From: Fidelibacterota bacterium MT.SAG.3
GTDB lineage: Bacteria > Fidelibacterota > SORT01
Assembly (NCBI GenBank): GCA_004402895.1
Contig: SORT01000003.1
Location: forward strand, 1,009 to 65,008
DNA length: 64,000 nucleotides
Direction of reading: 5' to 3'
A model generated the notes under the pieces. That model saw only the letters and a program-made list of their open reading frames with translations. It was not told the origin of the DNA and did no database searches. A program made the translations under genes and the position numbers. Shown in pieces: positions 11,203-21,443 of the stretch; within the stretch, counting starts at the first letter, position 1; each line of letters opens with the position of its first letter.

Positions 11203-11249
11203 AATATTCTAATATGACAGCTGCTCAAGCTGTTATTGACAGTTAATAC

Positions 11250-12722
11250 CTAAACCTGTCCGTGCGATTGATAATTAGGAGCCTCACGTGAGATTATCAG
11301 ATCATGCGGATGAGATTCCTTTATTCCCGATAGGGTTATCTTTGCAAACTGCGCATCTTTCTGGAACGAATTTATGTTTGCTGCTCCGCAATATCCCATT
11401 GCTGCTCGAATCCCGCCAACAAATTGATGTATGGATTCCCGCACCGAACCTCGGTAAGGCACCCTGCCTTCAATACCCTCGGGGACTAATTTAGTTTTTT
11501 CTTCGTCCTCCTGAAAATATCTGTCGCTTCCCCCCTTTTGCATCGCTCCGATCGATCCCATTCCACGATAGTTTTTAAACCATCTGCCATCAAGCAAGAT
11601 CATCTCGCCGGGACTCTCTTCCATGCCAGCTAATACGCTTCCCATCATCACCGTAGAAGCTCCGGCTGCCAATGCCTTTGCTATATCCCCCGAGTATCGG
11701 ATCCCCCCATCCGCAATAATCGGAACATCTTTTTTCTCCGCCGCTTTTCGGCAATTCATGATCGCACTGAGTTGCGGCATCCCTACTCCTGTGACCACAC
11801 GCGTTGTACATGAGGCGCCCGGTCCGATACCGACCTTGACCGCATCCGCTCCGTTTTTAATAAGTTCTTCTGTGCCTTCCTCCGTGACTACATTACCGGC
11901 AACCACTTCCTGTTCGGGAAACGATTTTTTAACTCTTTTCAGAAGATCCATTACACCCTTTGAATGCCCATGCGCGGAATCAATTACGAGCACATCTATC
12001 TGTGAATTTATCAATCGCTCTGCGCGATCCATAGAATCTTTTGCCACTCCGATAGCGGCGCCTACTCTAAGTCTTCCTTGAGAATCTTTCGAGGCATTGG
12101 GGAATCTTCTGGATTTTTCAATATCCTTTACAGTTAATAAGCCCCTTAAATTATTTGATTTATCGACCAACGGCAGTTTTTCAATCCGATTATCCGCAAG
12201 AATCTTGAGCGCTTCCTCGAATGATGTTTCATATGGCGCCGTAATAAGATCATCGCCTGAGGTCATAACCTTAGAAATAACAATAGAAATATCCTCGACA
12301 TTCCACAGATCTCTATACGTCACTATCCCACGGATCTGACCGTTTTCCACAACAGGAAATCCGGAGATACCCTTTGATTTGATAAGCTGTAATGCGTCTC
12401 CCACGGTTTTTGATGATTCAATCGTCACCGGATCTTTGATAATCGTACTTTCCGCTCTTTTGACCTTATCAACTTCGGCGACCTGTTCATCAATACTCTG
12501 GTTGCGGTGAAGAATCCCGATACCACCCAATTTAGCCATTTGAATCGCCATATCAGCGCCGGTTACAGTGTCCATAGCCGCCGAGACAAGCGGAAGAGCC
12601 AGAGTGAGGTTACGTGTTATTTTCGATGTTAGGTCGACTTCTCTTGGAAGAACCTCGGAATGGGCGGGAATAAGTAATACATCGTCAAAGGTTAATGCTT
12701 CAAATATTACTTTCTCATTCAA
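11250..12722 (-). CDS. guaB: IMP dehydrogenase
   Basis: 490 aa. TIM barrel with a tandem CBS insertion. Catalytic loop GIGPGASCTTRVVTGVGMPQ, and GGIRYSGDIAKALAAGA. Confidence 0.95.
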   Translation of the reverse strand: MNEKVIFEALTFDDVLLIPAHSEVLPREVDLTSKITRNLTLALPLVSAAMDTVTGADMAIQMAKLGGIGILHRNQSIDEQVAEVDKVKRAESTIIKDPVTIESSKTVGDALQLIKSKGISGFPVVENGQIRGIVTYRDLWNVEDISIVISKVMTSGDDLITAPYETSFEEALKILADNRIEKLPLVDKSNNLRGLLTVKDIEKSRRFPNASKDSQGRLRVGAAIGVAKDSMDRAERLINSQIDVLVIDSAHGHSKGVMDLLKRVKKSFPEQEVVAGNVVTEEGTEELIKNGADAVKVGIGPGASCTTRVVTGVGMPQLSAIMNCRKAAEKKDVPIIADGGIRYSGDIAKALAAGASTVMMGSVLAGMEESPGEMILLDGRWFKNYRGMGSIGAMQKGGSDRYFQEDEEKTKLVPEGIEGRVPYRGSVRESIHQFVGGIRAAMGYCGAANINSFQKDAQFAKITLSGIKESHPHDLIISREAPNYQSHGQV

Positions 12723-12783
12723 TTTTATTTTCTCTATTTAAATCAACAATTAAATATAATCAATGCGCTCTGATTATAAAGCA

Positions 12784-14127
12784 TTAATTTCTATCGTTCC
12801 TACTATTTTCAGTTGATAATTTCATTACAACGCCCCCTAACGCCACTATCGCGATAAGGTTTGGAATTGCCATCATCCCATTGAGAATATCTCCAAATGC
12901 CCATATCACCTCCGCCTCTTTCATAGTTCCGAACAGCATCACTATACAGAACGCCCAGCGAAACGGAATTCTAATGCCGTTGCCGAAAAGATAAACAAAA
13001 CACTGTTCGCCGTAATAAGGCCATGTGATCAAGGTTGAATACCCGAATAAAAGTGATGATAATGCGACAATCCAAGCGCCGGCGAGACCAAGTCCGGATT
13101 CAAAAGAACTTGCAGCCAATACAGTACTTGTGCCGCTTGAAGCCCAATTTGCAGCAGAGAGGATCACTAACGCGGTTAGAGTATTAATTACCAATGTATC
13201 AACCAATACGCCTAACATACTCACTTTTCCCTGCTCTGTGGGAGACTTGACTATCGCCGCTCCATGTACTATCGGAGCGCTTCCTGTTCCCGCTTCATTC
13301 GAAAATACTCCTCTCGCTATACCAAATCTCATCGCCATCATAACCGAAGCGCCAGCGAAGCCGCCACCCGCGCTCTTTGCGTTAAATGCTGAATTAACTA
13401 TATCCATCAGGATTGAAGGAATCTCATCAATTTTTAATGAGATCACTATCAAGGCGGAAAGAATATACGCTATAACCATAAAAGGAATTAATTTTGAGGA
13501 TATTATAGCGATACGTTCCACACCTCTTATGATAACCAACCAGGTTAGAACAGCTACGACCAAACCGGTAACGATCATTGGAACATCAAATAATTTGTTT
13601 ACAACTAAACTCATGGAATTCACTTGAATTGTCGTCGTCCCGAAGAGAGTTTTTATCCCCATAAAAAAGGCGAATGTGACTGCTAACCAGCCCCAACCTA
13701 ATCCATGTTTAATGTAATACATTGGACCTGACAAGATTGTCCCATCATCATTAACCTGTCGGTATTTTACACCGAGAACCGATTCTGCGTAGGAACTCGC
13801 CATACCAAAAAATGCTGATACCCACATCCAGAAAACAGCTCCGGGACCGCCTATTGCTATCGCAGTAGCAACACCTGCGATATTACCGTTTCCGATAGCC
13901 CCTCCTAACATCATCATCAGTGCATCGTAGGAATTTAGGTCACCCTTACCACTGCCTGTTACGGGCTTTTCTACTTTTTGTTTAAAGGAATACTTTACAG
14001 CTGATCTTAGTCCGGTCAGTTGAATAAATTTTAATCGCAGAGTGAAATATACGCCTATCCCTACCAGCAATAATAGCATATGGGGACCCCACACTATATT
14101 CCCCATAATTATTATCAGTCTGTCCAT
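12784..14127 (-). CDS. alanine/glycine:cation symporter (AGCS family)
   Basis: 447 aa polytopic membrane protein. The N-terminus and GNIAGVATAI motif are typical of AGCS. Confidence 0.85.
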   Translation of the reverse strand: MDRLIIIMGNIVWGPHMLLLLVGIGVYFTLRLKFIQLTGLRSAVKYSFKQKVEKPVTGSGKGDLNSYDALMMMLGGAIGNGNIAGVATAIAIGGPGAVFWMWVSAFFGMASSYAESVLGVKYRQVNDDGTILSGPMYYIKHGLGWGWLAVTFAFFMGIKTLFGTTTIQVNSMSLVVNKLFDVPMIVTGLVVAVLTWLVIIRGVERIAIISSKLIPFMVIAYILSALIVISLKIDEIPSILMDIVNSAFNAKSAGGGFAGASVMMAMRFGIARGVFSNEAGTGSAPIVHGAAIVKSPTEQGKVSMLGVLVDTLVINTLTALVILSAANWASSGTSTVLAASSFESGLGLAGAWIVALSSLLFGYSTLITWPYYGEQCFVYLFGNGIRIPFRWAFCIVMLFGTMKEAEVIWAFGDILNGMMAIPNLIAIVALGGVVMKLSTENSRNDRN

Positions 14128-14131
14128 AAAA

Positions 14132-17044
14132 CTAAAGTTTAATACCTTGTGCCCACTCCACTGCCTCTTTCTTTGAGTTCAGGATCTTTACACCGGTAGG
14201 CAGAGATTTTAAAAATGATTTTCCGTATTGTTTTTGAGAAAGCCTGTTATCAAGAAGAAGCACGATTCCTTTATCTGTTTTTGACCGTATCAGTCTACCG
14301 AACCCTTGCCGAAATTTGATGATAGCTTCCGGTAAAGAAAAATTCATAAATGCGTTTTTTCCTTCTTTTTTTAAACTATCCTCAATAGCCAGGATAATTG
14401 GCTCGGTCGGAACAGCAAAAGGGAGTTTGGTAATAACCAACATTTCAAGAGCGCGACCCGGAACATCTATCCCCTCCCAGAAGGATTCTGTTCCGAGAAG
14501 TAAACTTCCTCTATCCTTCTTGAGTTTTTCCTGAAGAGAATAACGTGAGCCATCCTTCTTCTGACCGAGCAAAGACAAACCCAACTTCTTATATAACGGT
14601 TCAAGCTTTTCATAAAACCGGTTCATCATATTGTATGATGTAAAGAGAATTAACCCTCCCAATTGAAGCTTTTCACTAATCGCTGAAATCAGTTCTATAG
14701 CATCCTCGTTGAAATTGTCCGCATTCGGCGGAGGTAAAAAATTCATGATACCGATGTTGCATTGCTCATCATAATTGAAAGGAGAGCCGACTTCTAAAGT
14801 TACCAATCGTTCAGCCTCATCTTTACCGACCCCGGTTCGTTCAAGAAAATGGGAAAAATCCCCTGCCGTAGTGAGCGTGGCGGAGGTAAACACAGCGCTT
14901 CTAAGACCCGAATAAAGAACTTCATTTAAAGTATCAGCCATATTCAAGGGAACAGAATGAAGCCTTACATCAATACTGTCAGCTTTTGAGGGAAGCTCGA
15001 CCCAATAAACCTGATCTTCTTTAGATGGATCAAACAATTCTTCACTGAGTCTGATCATTTGTCCTAAGGATTCGTACGCCGAGAGCATTTCTACAGATAG
15101 TTCATCTGCTTCTTTGTTATTGAAAGACAGTTCCCTTGCTACTTCAAGAAACTCTTTAACGGAATCCTTTATTGAAAATAGTGTAGTGATCAGATCGTTT
15201 ATTCTTCCTGACACGCTATTAAAAAACATATCTCCTGCTTCATACCTGATTTTGGAAACGTAATTTGATCTAATTTCCGGAACCCACTCGGGTGATTTAT
15301 TCAATTCAGAAAAAAGTTCAACTGATTTCGATTCAGCTAATTCTGAACCTACAATTATCCTGTCCAATATACTTAACAGTGTGTCTGAATTTGGTATAGC
15401 GTCTATCTGTGGAATAATTCGAGCGAATTTGTCCGCCACACCTCCGGAAACATTTTCTTTATCATGTAACGCGGAGAGGCTGTTTTTTATCTTCCAAACG
15501 GATAGTTCCTCTCCTAAAAATTGCCAAGCGTCTTTTTCAAGATTATGAGCTTCGTCTACAACCAAATTTTGGTATTCATTCAGAACTTGATTATTTGAGA
15601 CCGCATCTGACAGCAGCAATGAATGATTTACGACTAACACATCCGCCGTGCCGGCTGATTCTCTCACTTTCCCAAGATAGCAACCGTTATACTGTTTGCA
15701 TCTCATCCTGTTACATTTTCCTGAATCTGCTGAAAGCTTGTTCCATAATAAAAATGATCTATTACGATTAAAACCGTGATTTTCTTCAATATCCCCTGTT
15801 TTAGTATGCTTTATCCAAGTTATCATCGGAGCAAAGTTGATTCTTTCTGAGGCAGTCATAGAATTAGATGAATCAGAAAGCAATTGATGATATCGCGTCA
15901 GGCAAATATAGTTATTTCTTCCTTTCAGCAAAACGGCTTTGAACGGAATTTTCAATGATCTATATAAAAAAGGGATATCTTTGTTGAACAATTGGTCTTG
16001 AAGATTTTTAGTTCGTGTCGAAATGACAACTCTCTGACCTCCTGCCCGATTTTCATGCGCCCACATTATCGAAGGGACCAGATAAGCGAGTGTTTTTCCT
16101 ACTCCAGTTCCTGCTTCGATTGCAAGAAATTTCTCTGAATTGAACGCATCTGCCACCGCAAACGCCATATTTTCTTGTTGAGGTCTTTCCTCATAACCCT
16201 TGAGATCATGGGATAATTCGCCGCCTACTTCAAATTTTGCTTTAACCTCTTTCGGATCAATAAGATTGAGTTTGGGAGCTGCTTCAAATTGCACAGGCAT
16301 CGACTTACCGATAACATTATCTCCGAGAACATGTTCATGATCCGGCAAGAGCTCACTCCCTTCTTTCAGTTCACTGCCCGCTATCAATTCGGTGAGTTGT
16401 TTAAATATTTTTCCGGCGGAGTTATTTGTTCCTTCAAATAAAATTGCTAACGAGCTTAACGTTTGATAACTTGAATCATACATTCTGTCAATAATTTTCA
16501 GGAATAGCAGCCCCGACCGCTCTGCATCCGAAGATGCCCGATGTGCATCGGAAGGATCAAGTTTAAAATAATCGGCTAATGTTACTAATTTGTGATTTGT
16601 CACCCACCAGAAGAATATTCTCGAAAGTAATGCCGTATCATACACGTCGTTTTTAAAATACGATTCCGGTTTTAGTGTAGAAGATGAAGCGCTCGCCTCT
16701 ATTTTTGCAGCCCACACTCTCAAAAATCCCATATCGAAAGGAGAATTATGAGCAACTAAAGGATAATTCCCACAATATTCTATGAATTCAGGTAGGATAT
16801 CCTCTATCTCAGGCGCATCCTTCACATCCTCATTTGAGATACCGGTGAGATCGGTAATGAATTTAGGTATCCTGATAGAAGGCAGAACGAGTGAATTAAA
16901 CCGATCTTGAGGTTTACCGTCAACAAACTTTATCGCGCCAATTTCAATTATCTGCTCTTTTGAAGAATCTAATCCTGTGGTCTCAAGATCAAGCGCTATG
17001 AAATCACTAAGGCCTAATCGCTTGAGAGAAGATGAATCAGGCAT
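14132..17044 (-). CDS. dinG: bifunctional 3'-5' exonuclease / ATP-dependent DinG-family helicase
   Basis: 970 aa. N-terminal DnaQ-like exonuclease (LDLETTGLD ... HNSPFDMGFL ... HRASSDAER). Then an SF2 DEAD_2 helicase with Walker A AGTGVGKT, a VVDEAHNL box, an Fe-S Cys cluster region and a helicase C_2 domain. Confidence 0.85.
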   Translation of the reverse strand: MPDSSSLKRLGLSDFIALDLETTGLDSSKEQIIEIGAIKFVDGKPQDRFNSLVLPSIRIPKFITDLTGISNEDVKDAPEIEDILPEFIEYCGNYPLVAHNSPFDMGFLRVWAAKIEASASSSTLKPESYFKNDVYDTALLSRIFFWWVTNHKLVTLADYFKLDPSDAHRASSDAERSGLLFLKIIDRMYDSSYQTLSSLAILFEGTNNSAGKIFKQLTELIAGSELKEGSELLPDHEHVLGDNVIGKSMPVQFEAAPKLNLIDPKEVKAKFEVGGELSHDLKGYEERPQQENMAFAVADAFNSEKFLAIEAGTGVGKTLAYLVPSIMWAHENRAGGQRVVISTRTKNLQDQLFNKDIPFLYRSLKIPFKAVLLKGRNNYICLTRYHQLLSDSSNSMTASERINFAPMITWIKHTKTGDIEENHGFNRNRSFLLWNKLSADSGKCNRMRCKQYNGCYLGKVRESAGTADVLVVNHSLLLSDAVSNNQVLNEYQNLVVDEAHNLEKDAWQFLGEELSVWKIKNSLSALHDKENVSGGVADKFARIIPQIDAIPNSDTLLSILDRIIVGSELAESKSVELFSELNKSPEWVPEIRSNYVSKIRYEAGDMFFNSVSGRINDLITTLFSIKDSVKEFLEVARELSFNNKEADELSVEMLSAYESLGQMIRLSEELFDPSKEDQVYWVELPSKADSIDVRLHSVPLNMADTLNEVLYSGLRSAVFTSATLTTAGDFSHFLERTGVGKDEAERLVTLEVGSPFNYDEQCNIGIMNFLPPPNADNFNEDAIELISAISEKLQLGGLILFTSYNMMNRFYEKLEPLYKKLGLSLLGQKKDGSRYSLQEKLKKDRGSLLLGTESFWEGIDVPGRALEMLVITKLPFAVPTEPIILAIEDSLKKEGKNAFMNFSLPEAIIKFRQGFGRLIRSKTDKGIVLLLDNRLSQKQYGKSFLKSLPTGVKILNSKKEAVEWAQGIKL

Positions 17045-17116
17045 ATAAATAAATAAAAACTGATGAAAATATTATTTGGAGATACTTTATCCTAAAATGG
17101 TTTATGTCGAAATTTC

Positions 17117-18295
17117 TCAAACTGAGGCAAAAGCCCTTACAACATCGAAAAGGAGTTTTGGATGCTTCAACAGCGCTGTCTTAAATACCCTGCCTAATGT
17201 TCTCTTAGATTGTGGAAGAGAGCTGATTATCTCTGCCGTCCTGTTCAAGTCATCATCGGTTAATTTGCTAACGGCAGATTTAATTTTGTACATTCTTTCA
17301 TAACTCTTTCCGAGAAGCTTATGCCAATCCTTTTCGTATTTTGTAAGAAACTTATAGGAATAATCTCCAGCGCGAACTGCTTCTGCTGCCCTTGTACCGG
17401 CCAAACGTCCCCCTTGCATCCCGGATACAATACCACCCCCTGATACAGGATTTACCATATGAGCGGCATCTCCTGCAATCATGATGTTATCAGCCGCTAT
17501 TTTCGGTAGCGTATGAGCACAGGGAACACCGCCAACGACTGTAGTAAGGATCGATGCTTCAGGATAGTTTTTTTCCATAAAATCATCGAGATATTTCCGT
17601 GCAGACTTGCTCTTATTATGATTACCTGCCACTCCCAATCCGATATTAGCATAATTCTCGCCTTTTGGAAACACCCATAAATAACCTCCGGGAGCAACTT
17701 CGGAACCCAAATAAAAATCAAGACGATTGGATTTACAATCTACATTGCCGACAGATATTTGAATGGCTGATTCCATATCCTTTATCTTTATTGTTGTTTT
17801 TATGCCAGCCCATCTTCCGACTCTTGATTCTACACCGTCCGCAGCGATAATAATTTTACTTCTGAATTCCACTTTTTCGTTTAAATACTTAAGTTTGACG
17901 CCCTTTATGCTGTCGCCATCTTTTATCAAATCATACACATAAGCTTTCGTCATGATGGAAGCTCCCGCATTGCCTGCCATTAATGCTAATTCATAATCAA
18001 AGATTCTCCGGTCGAGAACATATCCTCCATCAGAAAGACCCTCTATATCTACAATAAGGCCTGAAGGAGATACGAGCCTGAATGAATTTATTTTAGAAGC
18101 TATCCATTTATCATTTGGTTCTAAAAACCGTGCAAGACCGTCAGCTCCCACAGCTTCTCCGCATCGAACGGGCATTCCGATATCTCTGTCCTTTTCAAGC
18201 ATCAGAACTGATGCTCCGCCCTCTGCCGCAAATTTTGCTGCCATACTGCCGGCGGGTCCTCCACCAACTACAATTACATCATACTCGTCTTTCAC
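17117..18295 (-). CDS. geranylgeranyl reductase-family FAD-dependent oxidoreductase
   Basis: 392 aa. FAD-binding YDVIVVGGGPAGSMAA. PVRCGEAV and GGYLWVFPKG are shared with archaeal digeranylgeranylglycerophospholipid reductases and ChlP/BchP. Start overlaps the upstream ferredoxin stop (ATGA). Confidence 0.8.
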   Translation of the reverse strand: MKDEYDVIVVGGGPAGSMAAKFAAEGGASVLMLEKDRDIGMPVRCGEAVGADGLARFLEPNDKWIASKINSFRLVSPSGLIVDIEGLSDGGYVLDRRIFDYELALMAGNAGASIMTKAYVYDLIKDGDSIKGVKLKYLNEKVEFRSKIIIAADGVESRVGRWAGIKTTIKIKDMESAIQISVGNVDCKSNRLDFYLGSEVAPGGYLWVFPKGENYANIGLGVAGNHNKSKSARKYLDDFMEKNYPEASILTTVVGGVPCAHTLPKIAADNIMIAGDAAHMVNPVSGGGIVSGMQGGRLAGTRAAEAVRAGDYSYKFLTKYEKDWHKLLGKSYERMYKIKSAVSKLTDDDLNRTAEIISSLPQSKRTLGRVFKTALLKHPKLLFDVVRAFASV

Positions 18296-18483
18296 GCCAG
18301 AGTTGCTTCATTTTCTACGGTGTGCAAAACTTCTATTGGACAGATCCATACGCACAGATCACAGTCTATGCACCTATCATGCAGGATATCTATTTGTGCC
18401 TCGAATAATTCTATTGCGTCAACAGGACAAACAGCTACGCACGTACCGCAAAAATCACATTTATTTTCTTCAACTATTATCAT
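18292..18483 (-). CDS. 2x[4Fe-4S] ferredoxin
   Basis: 63 aa with two CxxCxxCxxxCP motifs (CDFCGTCVAVCP and CIDCDLCVWICP). Confidence 0.8.
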   Translation of the reverse strand: MIIVEENKCDFCGTCVAVCPVDAIELFEAQIDILHDRCIDCDLCVWICPIEVLHTVENEATLA

Positions 18484-18584
18484 GCTTATAACCTAACATT
18501 TCTTTAATTAAATATTATATTGAATGGAATATACTGCTAAGATGAAATATATTCAATCAAGAAGAGAAGTATTAGCTAATAACC

Positions 18585-19982
18585 CTACCCTTCAAAACTC
18601 TCTTTATTTGTCATATTATCTACCTCTATGGGATAATCCCCGCTGAAACATGCCGTACAGAAATTTGAATGATCTTTCCCAGTCGCATCGAGCATCCCTT
18701 TTTGGGAGAGGTAATGGAGTGAATCCACACCAAGATATTCTTTAATTTCATCCACACTCATTTTATTTGCTATAAGTTCGTCAGGGGTTGGAAAATCCAT
18801 TCCATAAAAACAGGGATGTTTAATCGGAGGACTTGAAACTCTAACATGAATTTCTTTACATCCGGCGTCTTTGAGTAATTTTGTAAGTTTTTTAAGTGTT
18901 GTTCCTCTGACGATAGAATCCTCTACTACTATTACTTTTTTGCCTTTTAATACTCCCCCTACAGGATTGAATTTTATCTTTACACTAAAATCCCTCTGTT
19001 CCTGTCTCGGATTTATGAATGTCCTTCCTATATAATGATTTCTAATCAATCCAATTTCAAACCTTTTTCCTGAACGAGAAGAATATCCCAAAGCTGCCGT
19101 ATTACTGCTGTCAGGAACCGAAATAACGATATCCGCATCCATTACATCCGATTCGTCTGCTAAATTTTTACCTAACTTTCTGCGTGTCTTATCAACGAAT
19201 TCGCCGAACACACGGCTATCGGGACGGGAAAAATATACATATTCAAATATGCAATATTTCGGCGTGCTCTCACCCTTGTGAGAGTGCAGTCCGTTTTCAT
19301 CAACAACAATTATTTCACCCGGTTCGACATCTCTAATATATTCTGCTTCCACGAGATCGAAAGCGCACGATTCCGACGCGAAGATGTAACTATCACCCAA
19401 TTTTCCGACACATAACGGTCTAAATCCATGAGAATCCCTGAATGCTATCAACTTATCCCACGTCATCATGACAATTGAATATGCGCCCTTAACAAGCGAA
19501 AGAGCATCCCTTATCTTATCTTCAATAGATTCTTTTTTACTCTTTGCGATCAGGTGGACCAAGAGTTCTGTATCGGTGGTAGTCTGAAAGATGGTGCCTT
19601 CCTTCATCAGTTTTTTTCGTAAAGGAGTAGTGTTTACAAGATTACCATTGTGAGAGATCGCTAACTGATAGTCCTGCAAATTAAAAACAAGCGGCTGAAT
19701 ATTCGCAACTTTGGAGGCGCCTGTAGTTGAATATCTATTATGTCCAACTGCAATAGACCCCTTCAATTGAACGAGTGTGTCAGGGTCCGAAAAAATTTCT
19801 GCAACCAGTCCCATTCCAAGATGTTTATACGATTTTTTACCATCTGTGGAGACAATACCCGACGATTCCTGCCCTCTGTGCTGGAGAGCGAATAATCCGT
19901 GATACGTGATCGTGGACGCCTCAGGGTGTCCGTAAATCCCGAATACGCCGCACTTTTCATTTATACTTCTTTTACGATTCAT
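18585..19982 (-). CDS. purF: amidophosphoribosyltransferase
   Basis: 465 aa. N-terminal Ntn nucleophile MNRKRSINEKCGVFGIYGH. PRTase fold, and a C-terminal Cys cluster. Confidence 0.95.
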   Translation of the reverse strand: MNRKRSINEKCGVFGIYGHPEASTITYHGLFALQHRGQESSGIVSTDGKKSYKHLGMGLVAEIFSDPDTLVQLKGSIAVGHNRYSTTGASKVANIQPLVFNLQDYQLAISHNGNLVNTTPLRKKLMKEGTIFQTTTDTELLVHLIAKSKKESIEDKIRDALSLVKGAYSIVMMTWDKLIAFRDSHGFRPLCVGKLGDSYIFASESCAFDLVEAEYIRDVEPGEIIVVDENGLHSHKGESTPKYCIFEYVYFSRPDSRVFGEFVDKTRRKLGKNLADESDVMDADIVISVPDSSNTAALGYSSRSGKRFEIGLIRNHYIGRTFINPRQEQRDFSVKIKFNPVGGVLKGKKVIVVEDSIVRGTTLKKLTKLLKDAGCKEIHVRVSSPPIKHPCFYGMDFPTPDELIANKMSVDEIKEYLGVDSLHYLSQKGMLDATGKDHSNFCTACFSGDYPIEVDNMTNKESFEG

Positions 19983-21039
19983 TACTGTCCTCTTTTTCTA
20001 ACCGAATGTGATTAGAATATATCCATCCTTTACCGCCTTGATATACCTCAACTCTATAGACTCCCGGCTCCTTGACGATCCTTGTGGCAGAATCTCCGGT
20101 AACCCTCCCACCTCGCTTTCCGTTATACACAAACCTGATCACAGCATCAGCGGGTAGTATCACCTGAAGATTTACTCCCTCCTCGGGAATAGGTACCGAT
20201 TGTCCCATGTTATAACTCTTTGCATCTGTTTCAGCCCAGAATCTAAATCCTCGGGCATCGCCTAATTTATAATTACTGATAAAACATCTTGCACTTCGAA
20301 TTGCATTAATAAACCTGTTCTTGCTGTCAATCACATGATCCCCTGGATTTAAAGGATCATAAAAAAGCAGATGGGTTCTAATTGTTTTGAACAGAACTTT
20401 ATATGGGAATACCTTTACTTTAATGCCTATTGACAATTTATGGATGTATTGGTGGGCATCAACGCCGCCTATACCGCTTATGCGTCTTTGCAGGTTGAGT
20501 TCATCCCATTTCTCTAATATCCTGTCAGTAGGAGTTATCAATGAAGACCTTGGATGCAGCCACCTCCACACCTTGTTCCATTTTGTAAGCCCCTCCATCC
20601 AATGGGACATCTGGTTCCATATTTCTATGGAGTCAAAGCCGTCAAGTTCCCAGTGTGTCCACGGATAAGGAGGATACGAAACAAGATGACTGCGAATTTC
20701 ATCCGGATGGGCTATGATTCCCAGCGCTCCTTTTTTCGCGGCAGTTTTAACATACTCCTCAACAGTATAATCTTTGGGCATAACTTTATCCATATCGAAT
20801 AACATATAATGATTTTCATCATTCATATCATTGTGTTCATATCCGAAGAGAGATAATAAATTATCGTTCCAACCTTCGTAGCCGTTTTCTATCGGCTTTA
20901 AATTAAAATGGTCAGTAAACATTAAATAGTCAAGTCCTACAGAAATTCCCGCATCGATGATCTCCTCGATCGTTCCCGAACCATCGGAATAAATCGAATG
21001 CATATGAATACAGCCTACTTTTTCGTGTAGTTCATTCAT
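19972..21039 (-). CDS. PHP-domain metal-dependent phosphoesterase
   Basis: 355 aa. N-terminal HMHSIYSDGSGT and FTDHFN PHP motifs. Stop overlaps the purF start by 11 nt. Confidence 0.65.
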   Translation of the reverse strand: MNELHEKVGCIHMHSIYSDGSGTIEEIIDAGISVGLDYLMFTDHFNLKPIENGYEGWNDNLLSLFGYEHNDMNDENHYMLFDMDKVMPKDYTVEEYVKTAAKKGALGIIAHPDEIRSHLVSYPPYPWTHWELDGFDSIEIWNQMSHWMEGLTKWNKVWRWLHPRSSLITPTDRILEKWDELNLQRRISGIGGVDAHQYIHKLSIGIKVKVFPYKVLFKTIRTHLLFYDPLNPGDHVIDSKNRFINAIRSARCFISNYKLGDARGFRFWAETDAKSYNMGQSVPIPEEGVNLQVILPADAVIRFVYNGKRGGRVTGDSATRIVKEPGVYRVEVYQGGKGWIYSNHIRLEKEDSNES

Positions 21040-21395
21040 CTGAGATTATTCGCAATAATCCACCCTGAGGCTATACCCATGAGATCCACTGCCAAATCCT
21101 TCATACAAAAATGGTTTCTAATTTTCTTGCTGTCCCTGAATTCTTTTCCAAGTCCAACTAAAAATGAGAATGGGACACTGACTGACAACGAAGTATCGTT
21201 TGAATAACCAAATGGTTTTTTCATATAATAGTAGCTGCTTGTCGTTAGGATAAGGCTGACGGAGTAGTGTTTTAGTTTGTCGATGCCATTCCATTCATCC
21301 ACTCTTTCAACTTCGTTTCCTGAAAGTATCATAAGATATATTTTCTGGTCAGGGTCATTTGAAGAAATCGATTCGGCCCAAGCATTCAAACTCAT
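21036..21395 (-). CDS. hypothetical protein
   Basis: 119-aa ORF. The 4-nt overlap with the PHP gene suggests co-transcription. No recognisable motif. Confidence 0.3.
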   Translation of the reverse strand: MSLNAWAESISSNDPDQKIYLMILSGNEVERVDEWNGIDKLKHYSVSLILTTSSYYYMKKPFGYSNDTSLSVSVPFSFLVGLGKEFRDSKKIRNHFCMKDLAVDLMGIASGWIIANNLR

Positions 21396-21443
21396 ACATA
21401 GGAGTAAAAATGAAATAAATCCAAAGTTCTTAAAAGTCCTAAT

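Noticed and set aside
11203-11249. Possible terminator hairpin ACAGC-N7-GCTGT between convergent rpsT and guaB.
   Set aside because: Only a 5-bp stem and no U-run on either strand. Too weak to call.
11283-11292. Perfect 10-bp palindrome CTCACGTGAG (E-box-like) near the convergent rpsT/guaB junction.
   Set aside because: It lies within the last codons of guaB (11250-12722). A short palindrome is readily explained by chance in coding sequence, and no flanking T-run makes it a terminator.
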